64,000 bases of DNA from Eledone cirrhosa (Eukaryota), in contig OZ024757.1 of NCBI GenBank assembly GCA_964016885.1, positions 43,152,001-43,216,000 on the forward strand. Reading direction: 5' to 3'. The notes beneath the pieces were generated by a model. That model saw only the letters and a program-made list of their open reading frames with translations. It did not search any database and was not told the DNA's origin. Each line of letters starts with the position of its first letter. The first letter of the stretch is position 1. The position numbers and the translations under genes were made by a program. Shown piece by piece: positions 10,676-24,604 of this stretch.

Positions 10676-13600
10676 GTGCCCATGCGCCAAGACCGCCAGA
10701 CCGTACTGCGCATGCGCCAAGGGCGCCGGACCGTAGTGCGCATGCGCCAAGGCCGCCTGACTGTACTGCGCATGCGTCAAGGTCGCAGTACCGAACTGCG
10801 CATGCGCTAAGGCCGCCGAACCGCACTGCGCATGCGCCAAGGCAACCTGACTGTACTGCGCATGCGTCAAGGTCGCAGTACCGAACTGCGCATGCGCTAA
10901 GGCCGCCGGACCGTACTGCGCATGCGCCAAGGCCGCCGGACCGTAGTGCGCATGCGCCAAGGCCGCCTGACTGTACTGCGCATGCATCAAGGTCCCAGTA
11001 CCGTACTGCGCATGCACCAAGGCCACCAGGACGTAGTGCGCATGCGCCAAGGCCATCGGACCGTAGTGCGCATGCGCCAAGTCTGCCAGACCGTAGTGCG
11101 CATGCGCCAAAGCCACCGGACCGTACTGCGCATGTGCCAAGGCCACCGGAACGTAGTGCGCATGCGGCAAGGTCGCTGGACCGTAGTGCGCATGCGCCAA
11201 GACCGACGGTCCGGTGGCTTTGGCGCATGCGCACTACGGTCCGGCGTCCTTGGCGCATGTGCAGTACGGTCCGGTGACCTTGGCGCATGCGCACTACGGT
11301 CCAGCTGCTTTGGCGCATGCGCAGTACGGTTCAGCGGCCTTAGCGCATGCGCACTACGGTCCGGCGGGCTTGGCGCATGTGCAGTATGGTCCGGCGACCT
11401 TGACGCATGCGCACTACGGTTCGGCGGCTCTGGCGCATGCGCACTGCGGTCAGCGGCCTTGGCGCATGCGCACTACGTTCCGGTGGCCTTGGCGCATGCG
11501 CAGTACGCTCCAGTGGCCTTGGCGCATGCGCAGTAAGGTCCGGCGGCTTTGGCGCATGCGCACTATGGTCTGTCAGTCTTGGCGCATGCGCACTACGGTC
11601 CGGCTGCCTTCGTGGATGCGCACTACGTTCCGGCGGCCTTGCCGCATGCGCACTACGGTCCGGTGGCTTTGGCGCATGCGCACTACGGTCTGGCAGACTT
11701 GGCGCATGCGCACTACGGTCCGATGGCCTTGGCGCATGCGCACTACGGTCTGGCAGCATTGGCGCATGCGCACTACGGTCCGGCGGTCTTGGCGCATGCG
11801 CACTACGGTCCGGCGACCTTGCCGCATGCGCACTACGTTCCGGTGGCCTTGGCACATGCGCAGTACGGTCCGGTGGCTTTAGCGCATGCGCACTACGGTC
11901 TGGCAGACTTGGCGCATGCGCACTACGGTCCGATGGCCTTGGCGCGTGCGCACTACGGTCCAGTGGCCTTGGCGCATGCGCACAACGGTCCGGCGGCCTT
12001 GGCGCATGCGCACTACGGTCCGGCAGCTTTGGTGCATGCGCACTACGGTCTGGCAGCATTGGCGCATGCGCACTACGGTCCGGCGGCCTTGGCGCATGCG
12101 CAGTAAGGTCCGGCGGCCATGGCGCATGCGCACTAAGGGCCAGCGGTCTTTGCGCATGCGCACAATGGTACGGCGGCCTTGGCGCATGCGCACTACGTTC
12201 CGGTGGCCTTGACGCATGCGCAGTACTGTCCAGTGGCCTTGGCGCATGCGCAGTAAGGTCCGGCGGCCTTGGCGCATGCGCAGTACGTTCCGGCGGCCTT
12301 GGCGCATGCGCACTAAGGGCCATCGTTCTTTGAGCATGCGCACAACGGTCCGGCGACCTTGCCGCATGCGCACTACGTTCCGGTGGCCTTGGCACATGCG
12401 CAGTACGGTCCGGTGGCTTTGGCGCATGCGCACTACGGTCTGGCAGACTTGGCGCATGCACACTACGGTCCGATGGCCTTGGCGCATGCGCACTACGTCC
12501 TGGTGGCCTTGGCGCATGCGCAGTACAGTCCAGTGGCCTTGGCGCATGCGCAGTGAGGTCCGGCGGCCTTAGCGCATGCGCAGTAAGGTCCGGCGGCCAT
12601 GGCGCATGCGCACTAAGGGTCAGCGGTCTTTGCGCATGCGCACAACGGTCCGGCGGCCTTGGCGCATGCACACTACGGCCCGGCGGCCTTGGCGCCTGCG
12701 CACTACGGCCCGGCGGCTTTGGTGCATGCGCACTACGGTGTGGCAGCATTGGCGCATGCGCACTACGGTCTGGCAGACTTGGCGCATGCGCACTACGGTC
12801 CGATGGCCTTGGCGCGTGCGCACTACGTTCTGGTGGCCTTGGCGCATGCGCACTACGTTCCGGTGGCCTTTGCGCATGCGCAGTACGGTCCAGCGGCCTT
12901 GGCGCATGCGCACAACGTTACGGTGGCCTTGGCGCATGCGCAGTACTGTCCAGTGGCCTTGGCGCATGCGCAGTAAGGTCCGGCGGCCTTAGCGCATGCG
13001 CAGTACGTTCCGGCGGCCTTGGCGCATGCGCACTAAGGGCCATCGTTCTTTGCGCATGCGCACAACGGTCCGGCGGCCTTGGTGCATGCGCACTACGGTC
13101 CGGCGGCCTTGGCGCATGCGCACTACGGTCCGGCGGCTTTGGTGCATGCGCACTACGGTCTAGCAGCATTGGGACATGCGCACTACAGCCCGGCGGCCTT
13201 GGCGCATGCGCAGTACGGCCCGGCGACCTTGGCGCATGCGCACTACGGTCTGGCAGCCTTGGCGCACGCGCACTACGGTCCGGCGGTCTTGGCGCATGCG
13301 CACTACGGTCCGGCGACCTTGCCGCATGCGCACTACGTTCCGGTGGCCTTGGCACATGCGCATGCGCCAAGGCCGCCGGACCGTAGTGCGCATGCGCCAA
13401 GGCCGCCTGACTGTACTGCGCATGCATCAAGGTCCCAGTACCGTACTGCGCATGCACCAAGGCCACCAGGACGTAGTGCGCATGCGCCAAGGCCATCGGA
13501 CCGTAGTGCGCATGCGCCAAGTCTGCCAGACCGTAGTGCGCATGCGCCAAAGCCACCGGACCGTACTGCGCATGTGCCAAGGCCACCGGTGACCTTGGCG

Positions 13601-16600
13601 CATGCGCACTACGGTCCGGCTGCTTTGGCGCATGCGCAGTACGGTTCAGCGGCCTTAGCGCATGCGCACTACGGTCCGGCGGGCTTGGCGCATGTGCAGT
13701 ATGGTCCGGCGACCTTGACGCATGCGCACTACGGTTCGGCGGCTCTGGCGCATGCGCACTGCGGTCAGCGGCCTTGGCGCATGCGCACTACGTTCCGGTG
13801 GCCTTGGCGCATGCGCAGTACGCTCCAGTGGCCTTGGCGCATGCGCAGTAAGGTCCGGCGGCTTTGGCGCATGCGCACTATGGTCTGTCAGTCTTGGCGC
13901 ATGCGCACTACGGTCCGGCTGCCTTCGTGGATGCGCACTACGTTCCGGCGGCCTTGCCGCATGCGCACTACGGTCCGGTGGCTTTGGCGCATGCGCACTA
14001 CGGTCTGGCAGACTTGGCGCATGCGCACTACGGTCCGATGGCCTTGGCGCATGCGCACTACGGTCTGGCAGCATTGGCGCATGCGCACTACGGTCCGGCG
14101 GTCTTGGCGCATGCGCACTACGGTCCGGCGACCTTGCCGCATGCGCACTACGTTCCGGTGGCCTTGGCACATGCGCAGTACGGTCCGGTGGCTTTAGCGC
14201 ATGCGCACTACGGTCTGGCAGACTTGGCGCATGCGCACTACGGTCCGATGGCCTTGGCGCGTGCGCACTACGGTCCAGTGGCCTTGGCGCATGCGCACAA
14301 CGGTCCGGCGGCCTTGGCGCATGCGCACTACGGTCCGGCAGCTTTGGTGCATGCGCACTACGGTCTGGCAGCATTGGCGCATGCGCACTACGGTCCGGCG
14401 GCCTTGGCGCATGCGCAGTAAGGTCCGGCGGCCATGGCGCATGCGCACTAAGGGCCAGCGGTCTTTGCGCATGCGCACAATGGTACGGCGGCCTTGGCGC
14501 ATGCGCACTACGTTCCGGTGGCCTTGACGCATGCGCAGTACTGTCCAGTGGCCTTGGCGCATGCGCAGTAAGGTCCGGCGGCCTTAGCGCATGCGCAGTA
14601 CGTTCCGGCGGCCTTGGCGCATGCGCACTAAGGGCCATCGTTCTTTGCGCATGCGCACAACGGTCCGGCGACCTTGCCGCATGCGCACTACGTTCCGGTG
14701 GCCTTGGCACATGCGCAGTACGGTCCGGTGGCTTTGGCGCATGCGCACTACGGTCTGGCAGACTTGGCGCATGCACACTACGGTCCGATGGCCTTGGCGC
14801 ATGCGCACTACGTCCTGGTGGCCTTGGCGCATGCGCAGTACAGTCCAGTGGCCTTGGCGCATGCGCAGTGAGGTCCGGCGGCCTTAGCGCATGCGCAGTA
14901 AGGTCCGGCGGCCATGGCGCATGCGCACTAAGGGTCAGCGGTCTTTGCGCATGCGCACAACGGTCCGGCGGCCTTGGCGCATGCACACTACGGCCCGGCG
15001 GCCTTGGCGCCTGCGCACTACGGTCCGGCGGCTTTGGTGCATGCGCACTACGGTGTGGCAGCATTGGCGCATGCGCACTACGGTCTGGCAGACTTGGCGC
15101 ATGCGCACTACGGTCCGATGGCCTTGGCGCGTGCGCACTACGTTCTGGTGGCCTTGGCGCATGCGCACTACGTTCCGGTGGCCTTTGCGCATGCGCAGTA
15201 CGGTCCAGCGGCCTTGGCGCATGCGCACAACGTTACGGTGGCCTTGGCGCATGCGCAGTACTGTCCAGTGGCCTTGGCGCATGCGCAGTAAGGTCCGGCG
15301 GCCTTAGCGCATGCGCAGTACGTTCCGGCGGCCTTGGCGCATGCGCACTAAGGGCCATCGTTCTTTGCGCATGCGCACAACGGTCCGGCGGCCTTGGTGC
15401 ATGCGCACTACGGTCCGGCGGCCTTGGCGCATGCGCACTACGGTCCGGCGGCTTTGGTGCATGCGCACTACGGTCTAGCAGCATTGGGACATGCGCACTA
15501 CAGCCCGGCGGCCTTGGCGCATGCGCAGTACGGCCCGGCGACCTTGGCGCATGCGCACTACGGTCTGGCGGCCTTGGCGCACGCGCACTACGGTCCGGCG
15601 GTCTTGGCGCATGCGCACTACGGTCCGGCGACCTTGCCGCATGCGCACTACGTTCCGGTGGCCTTGGCACATGCGCAGTACGGTCCGGTGGCTTTGGCGC
15701 ATGCGCACTACGGTCTGGCAGACTTGGCGCATGCGCACTACGGTCCGATGGCCTTGGCGCATGCGCACTACGTCCTAGTGGCCTTGGCGCATGCGCAGTA
15801 CAGTCTACTGGCCTTGGCGCATGCGCACTATGGTCTGTCAGTCTTGGCGCATGCGCACTACGGTCCGGCTGCCTTCGTGGATGCGCACTACGTTCCGGCG
15901 GTCTTGCCGCATGCGCATTACGGTCCGGTGGCTTTGGCGCATGCGCACTACGGTCTGGCAGACTTGGCGCATGCGCACTACGGTCCGATGGCCTTGGCGC
16001 ATGCGCACTACGGTCTGGCAGCATTGGCGCATGCGCACTACGGTCCGGCGGTCTTGGCGCATGCGCACTACGGTCCGGCGACCTTGCCGCATGCGCACTA
16101 CGTTCCGGTGGCCTTGGCACATGCGCAGTACGGTCCGGTGGCTTTAGCGCATGCGCACTACGGTCTGGCAGACTTGGCGCATGCGCACTACGGTCCGATG
16201 GCCTTGGCGCGTGCGCACTACGGTCCAGTGGCCTTGGCGCATGCGCACAACGGTCCGGCGGCCTTGGCGCATGCGCACTACGGTCCGGCAGCTTTGGTGC
16301 ATGCGCACTACGGTCTGGCAGCATTGGCGCATGCGCACTACGGTCCGGCGGCCTTGGCGCATGCGCAGTAAGGTCCGGCGGCCATGGCGCATGCGCACTA
16401 AGGGCCAGCGGTCTTTGCGCATGCGCACAATGGTACGGCGGCCTTGGCGCATGCGCACTACGTTCCGGTGGCCTTGACGCATGCGCAGTACTGTCCAGTG
16501 GCCTTGGCGCATGCGCAGTAAGGTCCGGCGGCCTTAGCGCATGCGCAGTACGTTCCGGCGGCCTTGGCGCATGCGCACTAAGGGCCATCGTTCTTTGCGC

Positions 16601-17698
16601 ATGCGCACAACGGTCCGGCGGCCTTGGTGCATGCGCACTACGGTCCGGCGGCCTTGGCGCATGCGCACTACGGTCCGGCGGCTTTGGTGCATGCGCACTA
16701 CGGTCTAGCAGCATTGGAGCATGCGCACTACAGCCCGGCGGCCTTGGCGCATGCGCAGTACGGCCCGGCGACCTTGGCGCATGCGCACTACGGTCTGGCG
16801 GCCTTGGCGCACGCGCACTACGGTCCGGCGGTCTTGGCGCATGCGCACTACGGTCCGGCGACCTTGCCGCATGCGCACTACGTTCCGGTGGCCTTGGCAC
16901 ATGCGCAGTACGGTCCGGTGGCTTTGGCGCATGCGCACTACGGTCTGGCAGACTTGGCGCATGCACACTACGGTCCGATGGCCTTGGCGCATGCGCACTA
17001 CGTCCTGGTGGCCTTGGCGCATGCGCAGTACAGTCCAGTGGCCTTGGCGCATGCGCAGTGAGGTCCGGCGGCCTTAGCGCATGCGCAGTAAGGTCCGGCG
17101 GCCATGGCGCATGCGCACTAAGGGTCAGCGGTCTTTGCGCATGCGCACAACGGTCCGGCGGCCTTGGCGCATGCACACTACGGCCCGGCGGCCTTGGCGC
17201 CTGCGCACTACGGTCCGGCGGCTTTGGTGCATGCGCACTACGGTGTGGCAGCATTGGCGCATGCGCACTACGGTCTGGCAGACTTGGCGCATGCGCACTA
17301 CGGTCCGATGGCCTTGGCGCGTGCGCACTACGTTCTGGTGGCCTTGGCGCATGCACAGTACGGTCCAGTGGCCTTGGCGCATGCGCACAACGGTCCGGCG
17401 GCCTTGGCGCATGCGCACTACGGTCCGTCAGCTTTGGTGCATGCGCACTACGGTCTGGCAGCATTGGCGCATGCGCACTACGGTCCGGCGGCCTTGGCGC
17501 ATGCGCAGTACGGCCCGGTGGCCTTGGCGCATGCGCACTACGGTCTGGCGGCCTTGGCGCATGCGCACTACGGTCCGGCGGCCTTGGCGCATGCGCACTA
17601 CGGTCCGGCGGCGTTGGCGCATGCGCACTACGGTTCGGAGGCCTTGGCGCATGCGCACTACGGTCCGACGTTCTTGACGCATGTGCAGTACGGTCCGG

Positions 17699-17964
17699 AT
17701 GACTTTTTAGCCATTTTAAGCCTTTGTGTTGCCATATTTAGCCATTTTGAGTTATTTTAGTAATTTATGATGCAGTTTAACCATTTTAGAGCCATTTATA
17801 GTCATTTTAGACGTTTCAGTCGTGTTAGAGTCATTCTAGTCAATTATGATACGGTTTTAGCATTTTATTGTCACTTTAGTCATTTATTATGCCGTCTTAG
17901 CCACTTTGTTGTAATTTCAGACATACATGATGACATTTCGGCCATGTTAGTCCTTTTTGATGAC
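17699..17964 (+). repeat. AT-rich spacer, copy 5, subtype C
   Basis: Matches copy 2. Confidence 0.97.
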
Positions 17965-18224
17965 GTGCCCATGCGCCAAGACCGCCAGACCGTACTGCGC
18001 ACGCGTCGATACGGCCTGATCGTAGTGCGCATGCGCCAAAGCCGCCTAACCGTAGTGCGCATGCGCCAAGGCCGCCGATACATAGTGCACATGCGCCAAG
18101 GCCGTCGGACCATACTGCGCATGCGCCAAGGGCGCCGGACAGTTGTGCGCATGCACCAAAGCCGCCTGACTTACTGCGCATGCGTCAAGGTCGCAGTACC
18201 GAACTGCGCATGCGCTAAGGCCTC

Positions 18225-21200
18225 CGGACCGTACTGCGCATGCGCCAAGGCCACCTGACTGTACAGCGCATGCGTCAAGGTCGCAGTACCGAACTGCGTA
18301 TGCGCTAAGGCCGCCGGACCGTACTGCGCATGCGCCAAGGCCGCCGGACCGTAGTGCGCATGCGCCAAGGCCGCCTGACTGTACTGCGCATGCATCAAAG
18401 TCCCAGTACCGTACTGCACATGCACCAAGACCGCCGGACCGTAGTGCGCATGCGCCAGAGCCGCCGAACCGTAGTGCGCATGCGCCAAGGCCGCCGGACC
18501 ATACTGCGCATGCGCCAAGGCCGCCGGGCCGTAGTGCGCATGCGCCAAAGACGCGGGCCCGTAGTGCGCATGCGCCAAGGCCACCTGACTGTACTGCGCA
18601 TGCGTCAAGGTCGCAGTACTGAACTGCGCATGCGCTAAGGCCGCCGGACCGTAATGTGCATGCGCCAAGGCCGCCTGACTGTACTGCGCATGCGTCAAGG
18701 TCGCAGTACCGAACTGCGCATGCGTTAAGGCCGGCGGCCTTGGCGCATGCGCACTACGTTCCGGTGGCCTTGACGCATGCGCAGTACTGTCCAGTGGCCT
18801 TGGCGCATGCGCAGTAAGGTCCGGCGGCCTTAGCGCATGCGCAGTACGTTCCGGCGGCCTTGGCGCATGCGCACTAAGGGCCATCGTTCTTTGCGCATGC
18901 GCACAACGGTCCGGCGGCCTTGGTGCATGCGCACTACGGTCCGGCAGCCTTGGCGCATGCGCACTACGGTCCGGCGGCTTTCGTGCATGCGCACTACGGT
19001 CTAGCAGCATTGGGGCATGCGCACTACAGCCCGGCGGCCTTGGCGCATGCGCAGTACGGCCCGGCGACCTTGGCGCATGCGCACTACGGTCTGGCGGCCT
19101 TGGCGCACGCGCACTACGGTCCGGCGGTCTTGGCGCATGCGCACTACGGTCCGGCGACCTTGTCGCATGCGCACTACGTCCTGGTGGCCTTGGCGCATGC
19201 GCAGTACAGTCCAGTGGCCTTGGCGCCTGCGCAGTAAGATCCGGCGGCCATGGCGCATGCGCACTAAGGGCCAGCGGTCTTTGCGCATGCGCAAAATGGT
19301 CCGGCGGCCTTGCCGCATGCACACTACGGCCCGGCGGCCTTGGCGCCTGCGCACTACGGTCCGGCGGCTTTGGTGCATGCGCACTACGGTCTGGCAGCAT
19401 TGGCGCATGCGCACTACGGTCCGGCGGTCTTGGCGCATGCGCACTACGGTCCGGCGACCTTGCCGCATGCGCACTACATTCCGGTGGCCTTGGCACATGC
19501 GCAGTACGGTCCGGTGGCTTTAGCGCATGCGCACTACGGTCTGGCAGACTTGGCGCATGCGCACTACGGTCTGATGGCCTTGGCGCGTGCGCACTACGGT
19601 CCGATGGCCTTGGCGCGTGCGCACTACGGTCCAGTGGCCTTGGCGCATGCGCACAACGGTCCGGTGGCCTTGGCGCATGCGCACTACGGTCCGGCAGCTT
19701 TGGTGCATGCGCACTACGGTCTGGCAACATTGGCGCATGCGCACTACGGTCCGGCGGCCTTGGCGCATGCGCAGTACGGCCCGGCGGCCTTGGCGCATGC
19801 GCACTACGGTCTGGCGGCCTTGGCGCATGCGCACTACGTTCCGGCGGCGTTGGCGCATGCGCACTACGGTTCGGAGGCCTTGGCGCATGCGCACTACGGT
19901 CCGACGTCCTTGACGCATGTGCAGTACGGTCCGGATGAATTTTTAGCCATTTTAAGCCTTTATGTTGCCATATTTAGCCATTTTGAGTTATTTTAGTAAT
20001 TTATGATGCAGTTTAACCATTTTAGAGCCATTTATAGTCATTTTAGACGTTTCAGTCGTGTTAGAGTCATTCTAGTCAATTATGATACGGTTTTAGCATT
20101 TTATTGTCACTTTAGTCATTTATTATGCCGTCTTAGCCATTTTGTTGTAATTTCAGACATACATGATGACATTTCGGCCATGTTAGTCCTTTTTGATGAA
20201 GTGCCCATGCGCCAAGACCGCCAGACCGTACTGCGCATGCGCCAAGGGCGCCGGACCGTAGTGCGCATGCGCCAAGGCCGCCTGACTGTACTGCGCATGC
20301 GTCAAGGTCGCAGTACCGAACTGCGCATGCGCTAAGGCCGCCGAACCGCACTGCGCATGCGCCAAGGCCACCTGACTGTACTGCGCATGCGTCAAGGTCG
20401 CAGTACCGAACTGCGCATGCGCTAAGGCCGCCGGACCGTACTGCGCATGCGCCAAGGCCGCCGGACCGTAGTGCGCATGCGCCAAGGCCGCCTGACTGTA
20501 CTGCGCATGCATCAAGGTCCCAGTACCGTACTGCGCATGCACCAAGGCCACCAGGACGTAGTGCGCATGCGCCAAGGCCATCGGACCGTAGTGCGCATGC
20601 GCCAAGTCTGCCAGACCGTAGTGCGCATGCGCCAAAGCCACCGGACCGTACTGCGCATGTGCCAAGGCCACCGGAACGTAGTGCGCATGCGGCAAGGTCG
20701 CTGGACCGTAGTGCGCATGCGCCAAGACCGACGGTCCGGTGGCTTTGGCGCATGCGCACTACGGTCCGGCGTCCTTGGCGCATGTGCAGTACGGTCCGGT
20801 GACCTTGGCGCATGCGCACTACGGTCCAGCTGCTTTGGCGCATGCGCAGTACGGTTCAGCGGCCTTAGCGCATGCGCACTACGGTCCGGCGGGCTTGGCG
20901 CATGTGCAGTATGGTCCGGCGACCTTGACGCATGCGCACTACGGTTCGGCGGCTCTGGCGCATGCGCACTGCGGTCAGCGGCCTTGGCGCATGCGCACTA
21001 CGTTCCGGTGGCCTTGGCGCATGCGCAGTACGCTCCAGTGGCCTTGGCGCATGCGCAGTAAGGTCCGGCGGCTTTGGCGCATGCGCACTATGGTCTGTCA
21101 GTCTTGGCGCATGCGCACTACGGTCCGGCTGCCTTCGTGGATGCGCACTACGTTCCGGCGGCCTTGCCGCATGCGCACTACGGTCCGGTGGCTTTGGCGC

Positions 21201-22885
21201 ATGCGCACTACGGTCTGGCAGACTTGGCGCATGCGCACTACGGTCCGATGGCCTTGGCGCATGCGCACTACGGTCTGGCAGCATTGGCGCATGCGCACTA
21301 CGGTCCGGCGGTCTTGGCGCATGCGCACTACGGTCCGGCGACCTTGCCGCATGCGCACTACGTTCCGGTGGCCTTGGCACATGCGCAGTACGGTCCGGTG
21401 GCTTTAGCGCATGCGCACTACGGTCTGGCAGACTTGGCGCATGCGCACTACGGTCCGATGGCCTTGGCGCGTGCGCACTACGGTCCAGTGGCCTTGGCGC
21501 ATGCGCACAACGGTCCGGCGGCCTTGGCGCATGCGCACTACGGTCCGGCAGCTTTGGTGCATGCGCACTACGGTCTGGCAGCATTGGCGCATGCGCACTA
21601 CGGTCCGGCGGCCTTGGCGCATGCGCAGTAAGGTCCGGCGGCCATGGCGCATGCGCACTAAGGGCCAGCGGTCTTTGCGCATGCGCACAATGGTACGGCG
21701 GCCTTGGCGCATGCGCACTACGTTCCGGTGGCCTTGACGCATGCGCAGTACTGTCCAGTGGCCTTGGCGCATGCGCAGTAAGGTCCGGCGGCCTTAGCGC
21801 ATGCGCAGTACGTTCCGGCGGCCTTGGCGCATGCGCACTAAGGGCCATCGTTCTTTGAGCATGCGCACAACGGTCCGGCGACCTTGCCGCATGCGCACTA
21901 CGTTCCGGTGGCCTTGGCACATGCGCAGTACGGTCCGGTGGCTTTGGCGCATGCGCACTACGGTCTGGCAGACTTGGCGCATGCACACTACGGTCCGATG
22001 GCCTTGGCGCATGCGCACTACGTCCTGGTGGCCTTGGCGCATGCGCAGTACAGTCCAGTGGCCTTGGCGCATGCGCAGTGAGGTCCGGCGGCCTTAGCGC
22101 ATGCGCAGTAAGGTCCGGCGGCCATGGCGCATGCGCACTAAGGGTCAGCGGTCTTTGCGCATGCGCACAACGGTCCGGCGGCCTTGGCGCATGCACACTA
22201 CGGCCCGGCGGCCTTGGCGCCTGCGCACTACGGCCCGGCGGCTTTGGTGCATGCGCACTACGGTGTGGCAGCATTGGCGCATGCGCACTACGGTCTGGGA
22301 GACTTGGCGCATGCGCACTACGGTCCGATGGCCTTGGCGCGTGCGCACTACGTTCTGGTGGCCTTGGCGCATGCGCACTACGTTCCGGTGGCCTTTGCGC
22401 ATGCGCAGTACGGTCCAGCGGCCTTGGCGCATGCGCACAACGTTACGGTGGCCTTGGCGCATGCGCAGTACTGTCCAGTGGCCTTGGCGCATGCGCAGTA
22501 AGGTCCGGCGGCCTTAGCGCATGCGCAGTACGTTCCGGCGGCCTTGGCGCATGCGCACTAAGGGCCATCGTTCTTTGCGCATGCGCACAACGGTCCGGCG
22601 GCCTTGGTGCATGCGCACTACGGTCCGGCGGCCTTGGCGCATGCGCACTACGGTCCGGCGGCTTTGGTGCATGCGCACTACGGTCTAGCAGCATTGGGAC
22701 ATGCGCACTACAGCCCGGCGGCCTTGGCGCATGCGCAGTACGGCCCGGCGACCTTGGCGCATGCGCACTACGGTCTGGCGGCCTTGGCGCACGCGCACTA
22801 CGGTCCGGCGGTCTTGGCGCATGCGCACTACGGTCCGGCGACCTTGCCGCATGCGCACTACGTTCCGGTGGCCTTGGCACATGCG
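18225..22885 (+). repeat. ~4.6-kb direct duplication of ~8700-13360 (offset 9525)
   Basis: Pairs 9395/18920, 10478/20003, 11549/21074, 13079/22604; shared rare variant TTTGAGCATG at ~12331 and ~21856. Confidence 0.85.
19935..20200 (+). repeat. AT-rich spacer, copy 6, subtype A
   Basis: Matches copy 1. Confidence 0.97.
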
Positions 22886-24338
22886 CAGTACGGTCCGGTG
22901 GCTTTGGCGCATGCGCACTACGGTCTGGCAGACTTGGCGCATGCGCACTACGGTCCGATGGCCTTGGCGCATGCGCACTACGTCCTAGTGGCCTTGGCGC
23001 ATGCGCAGTACAGTCCACTGGCCTTGGCGCATGCGCAGTAAGGTCCGGCGGCCTTAGCGCATGCGCAGTAAGGTCCGACGGCCATGGCGCATGCGCACTA
23101 AGGGCCAGCGGTCTTTGCGAATGCGCACAACGGTACGGCGGCCTTGGCGCATGCGCACTACGTTCCGGTGGCCTTGACGCATGCGCAGTACTGTCCAGTG
23201 GCCTTGGCGCATGCGCAGTAAGGTCCGGCGACCTTAGCGCATGCGCAGTACGTTCCGGCGGCCTTGGCGCATGCGCACTAAGGGCCATCGTTCTTTGCGC
23301 ATGCGCACAACGGTCCGGCGGCCTTGGTGCATGCGCACTACGGTCCGGCGGCCTTGGCGCATGCGCACTACGGTCCGGCGGCTTTGGTACATGCGCACTA
23401 CGGTCTAGCAGCATTGGGGCATGCGCACTACAGCCCGGCGGCCTTGGCGCATGCGCAGTACGGCCCGGCGACCTTGGCGCATGCGCACTACGGTCTGGCG
23501 GCCTTGGCGCACGCGCACTACGGTCCGGCGGTCTTGGCGCATGCGCACTACGGTCCGGCGACCTTGTCGCATGCGCACTACGTCCTGGTGGCCTTGGCGC
23601 ATGCGCAGTACAGTCCAGTGGCCTTGGCGCCTGCGCAGTAAGATCCGGCGGCCATGGCGCATGCGCACTAAGGGCCAGCGGTCTTTGCGCATGCGCAAAA
23701 TGGTCCGGCGGCCTTGCCGCATGCACACTACGGCCCGGCGGCCTTGGCGCCTGCGCACTACGGTCCGGCGGCTTTGGTGCATGCGCACTACGGTCTGGCA
23801 GCATTGGCGCATGCGCACTACGGTCCGGCGGTCTTGGCGCATGCGCACTACGGTCCGGCGACCTTGCCGCATGCGCACTACATTCCGGTGGCCTTGGCAC
23901 ATGCGCAGTACGGTCCGGTGGCTTTAGCGCATGCGCACTACGGTCTGGCAGACTTGGCGCATGCGCACTACGGTCTGATGGCCTTGGCGCGTGCGCACTA
24001 CGGTCCGATGGCCTTGGCGCGTGCGCACTACGGTCCAGTGGCCTTGGCGCATGCGCACAACGGTCCGGTGGCCTTGGCGCATGCGCACTACGGTCCGGCA
24101 GCTTTGGTGCATGCGCACTACGGTCTGGCAACATTGGCGCATGCGCACTACGGTCCGGCGGCTTTGGCGCATGCGCAGTACGGCCCGGCGGCCTTGGCGC
24201 ATGCGCACTACGGTCTGGCGGCCTTGGCGCATGCGCACTACGTTCCGGCGGCGTTGGCGCATGCGCACTACGGTTCGGAGGCCTTGGCGCATGCGCACTA
24301 CGGTCCGACGTCCTTGACGCATGTGCAGTACGGTCCGG

Positions 24339-24604
24339 ATGAATTTTTAGCCATTTTAAGCCTTTATGTTGCCATATTTAGCCATTTTGAGTTATTTTAG
24401 TAATTTATGATGCAGTTTAACCATTTTAGAGCCATTTATAGTCATTTTAGACGTTTCAGTCGTGTTAGAGTCATTCTAGTCAATTATGATACGGTTTTAG
24501 CATTTTATTGTCACTTTATTCATTTATTATGCCGTCTTAGCCATTTTGTTGTAATTTCAGACATACATGATGACATTTCGGCCATGTTAGTCCTTTTTGA
24601 TGAA
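24339..24604 (+). repeat. AT-rich spacer, copy 7, subtype A
   Basis: Matches copy 1 except private CACTTTATTCATT. Confidence 0.97.

Larger units (their letters stand above)
6570..10810 (+). repeat. Direct tandem duplication, period 2117 bp
   Basis: Matching ORF-track entries at offset 2117 (6688/8805, 7278/9395, 7668/9785, 8361/10478); boundaries approximate. Confidence 0.9.
13588..20330 (+). repeat. ~6.7-kb direct duplication of ~1946-8690 (offset 11642)
   Basis: ORF-track pairs 2080/13722, 3752/15394, 6125/17767, 8361/20003 all differ by 11642, with near-identical translations. Confidence 0.9.
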
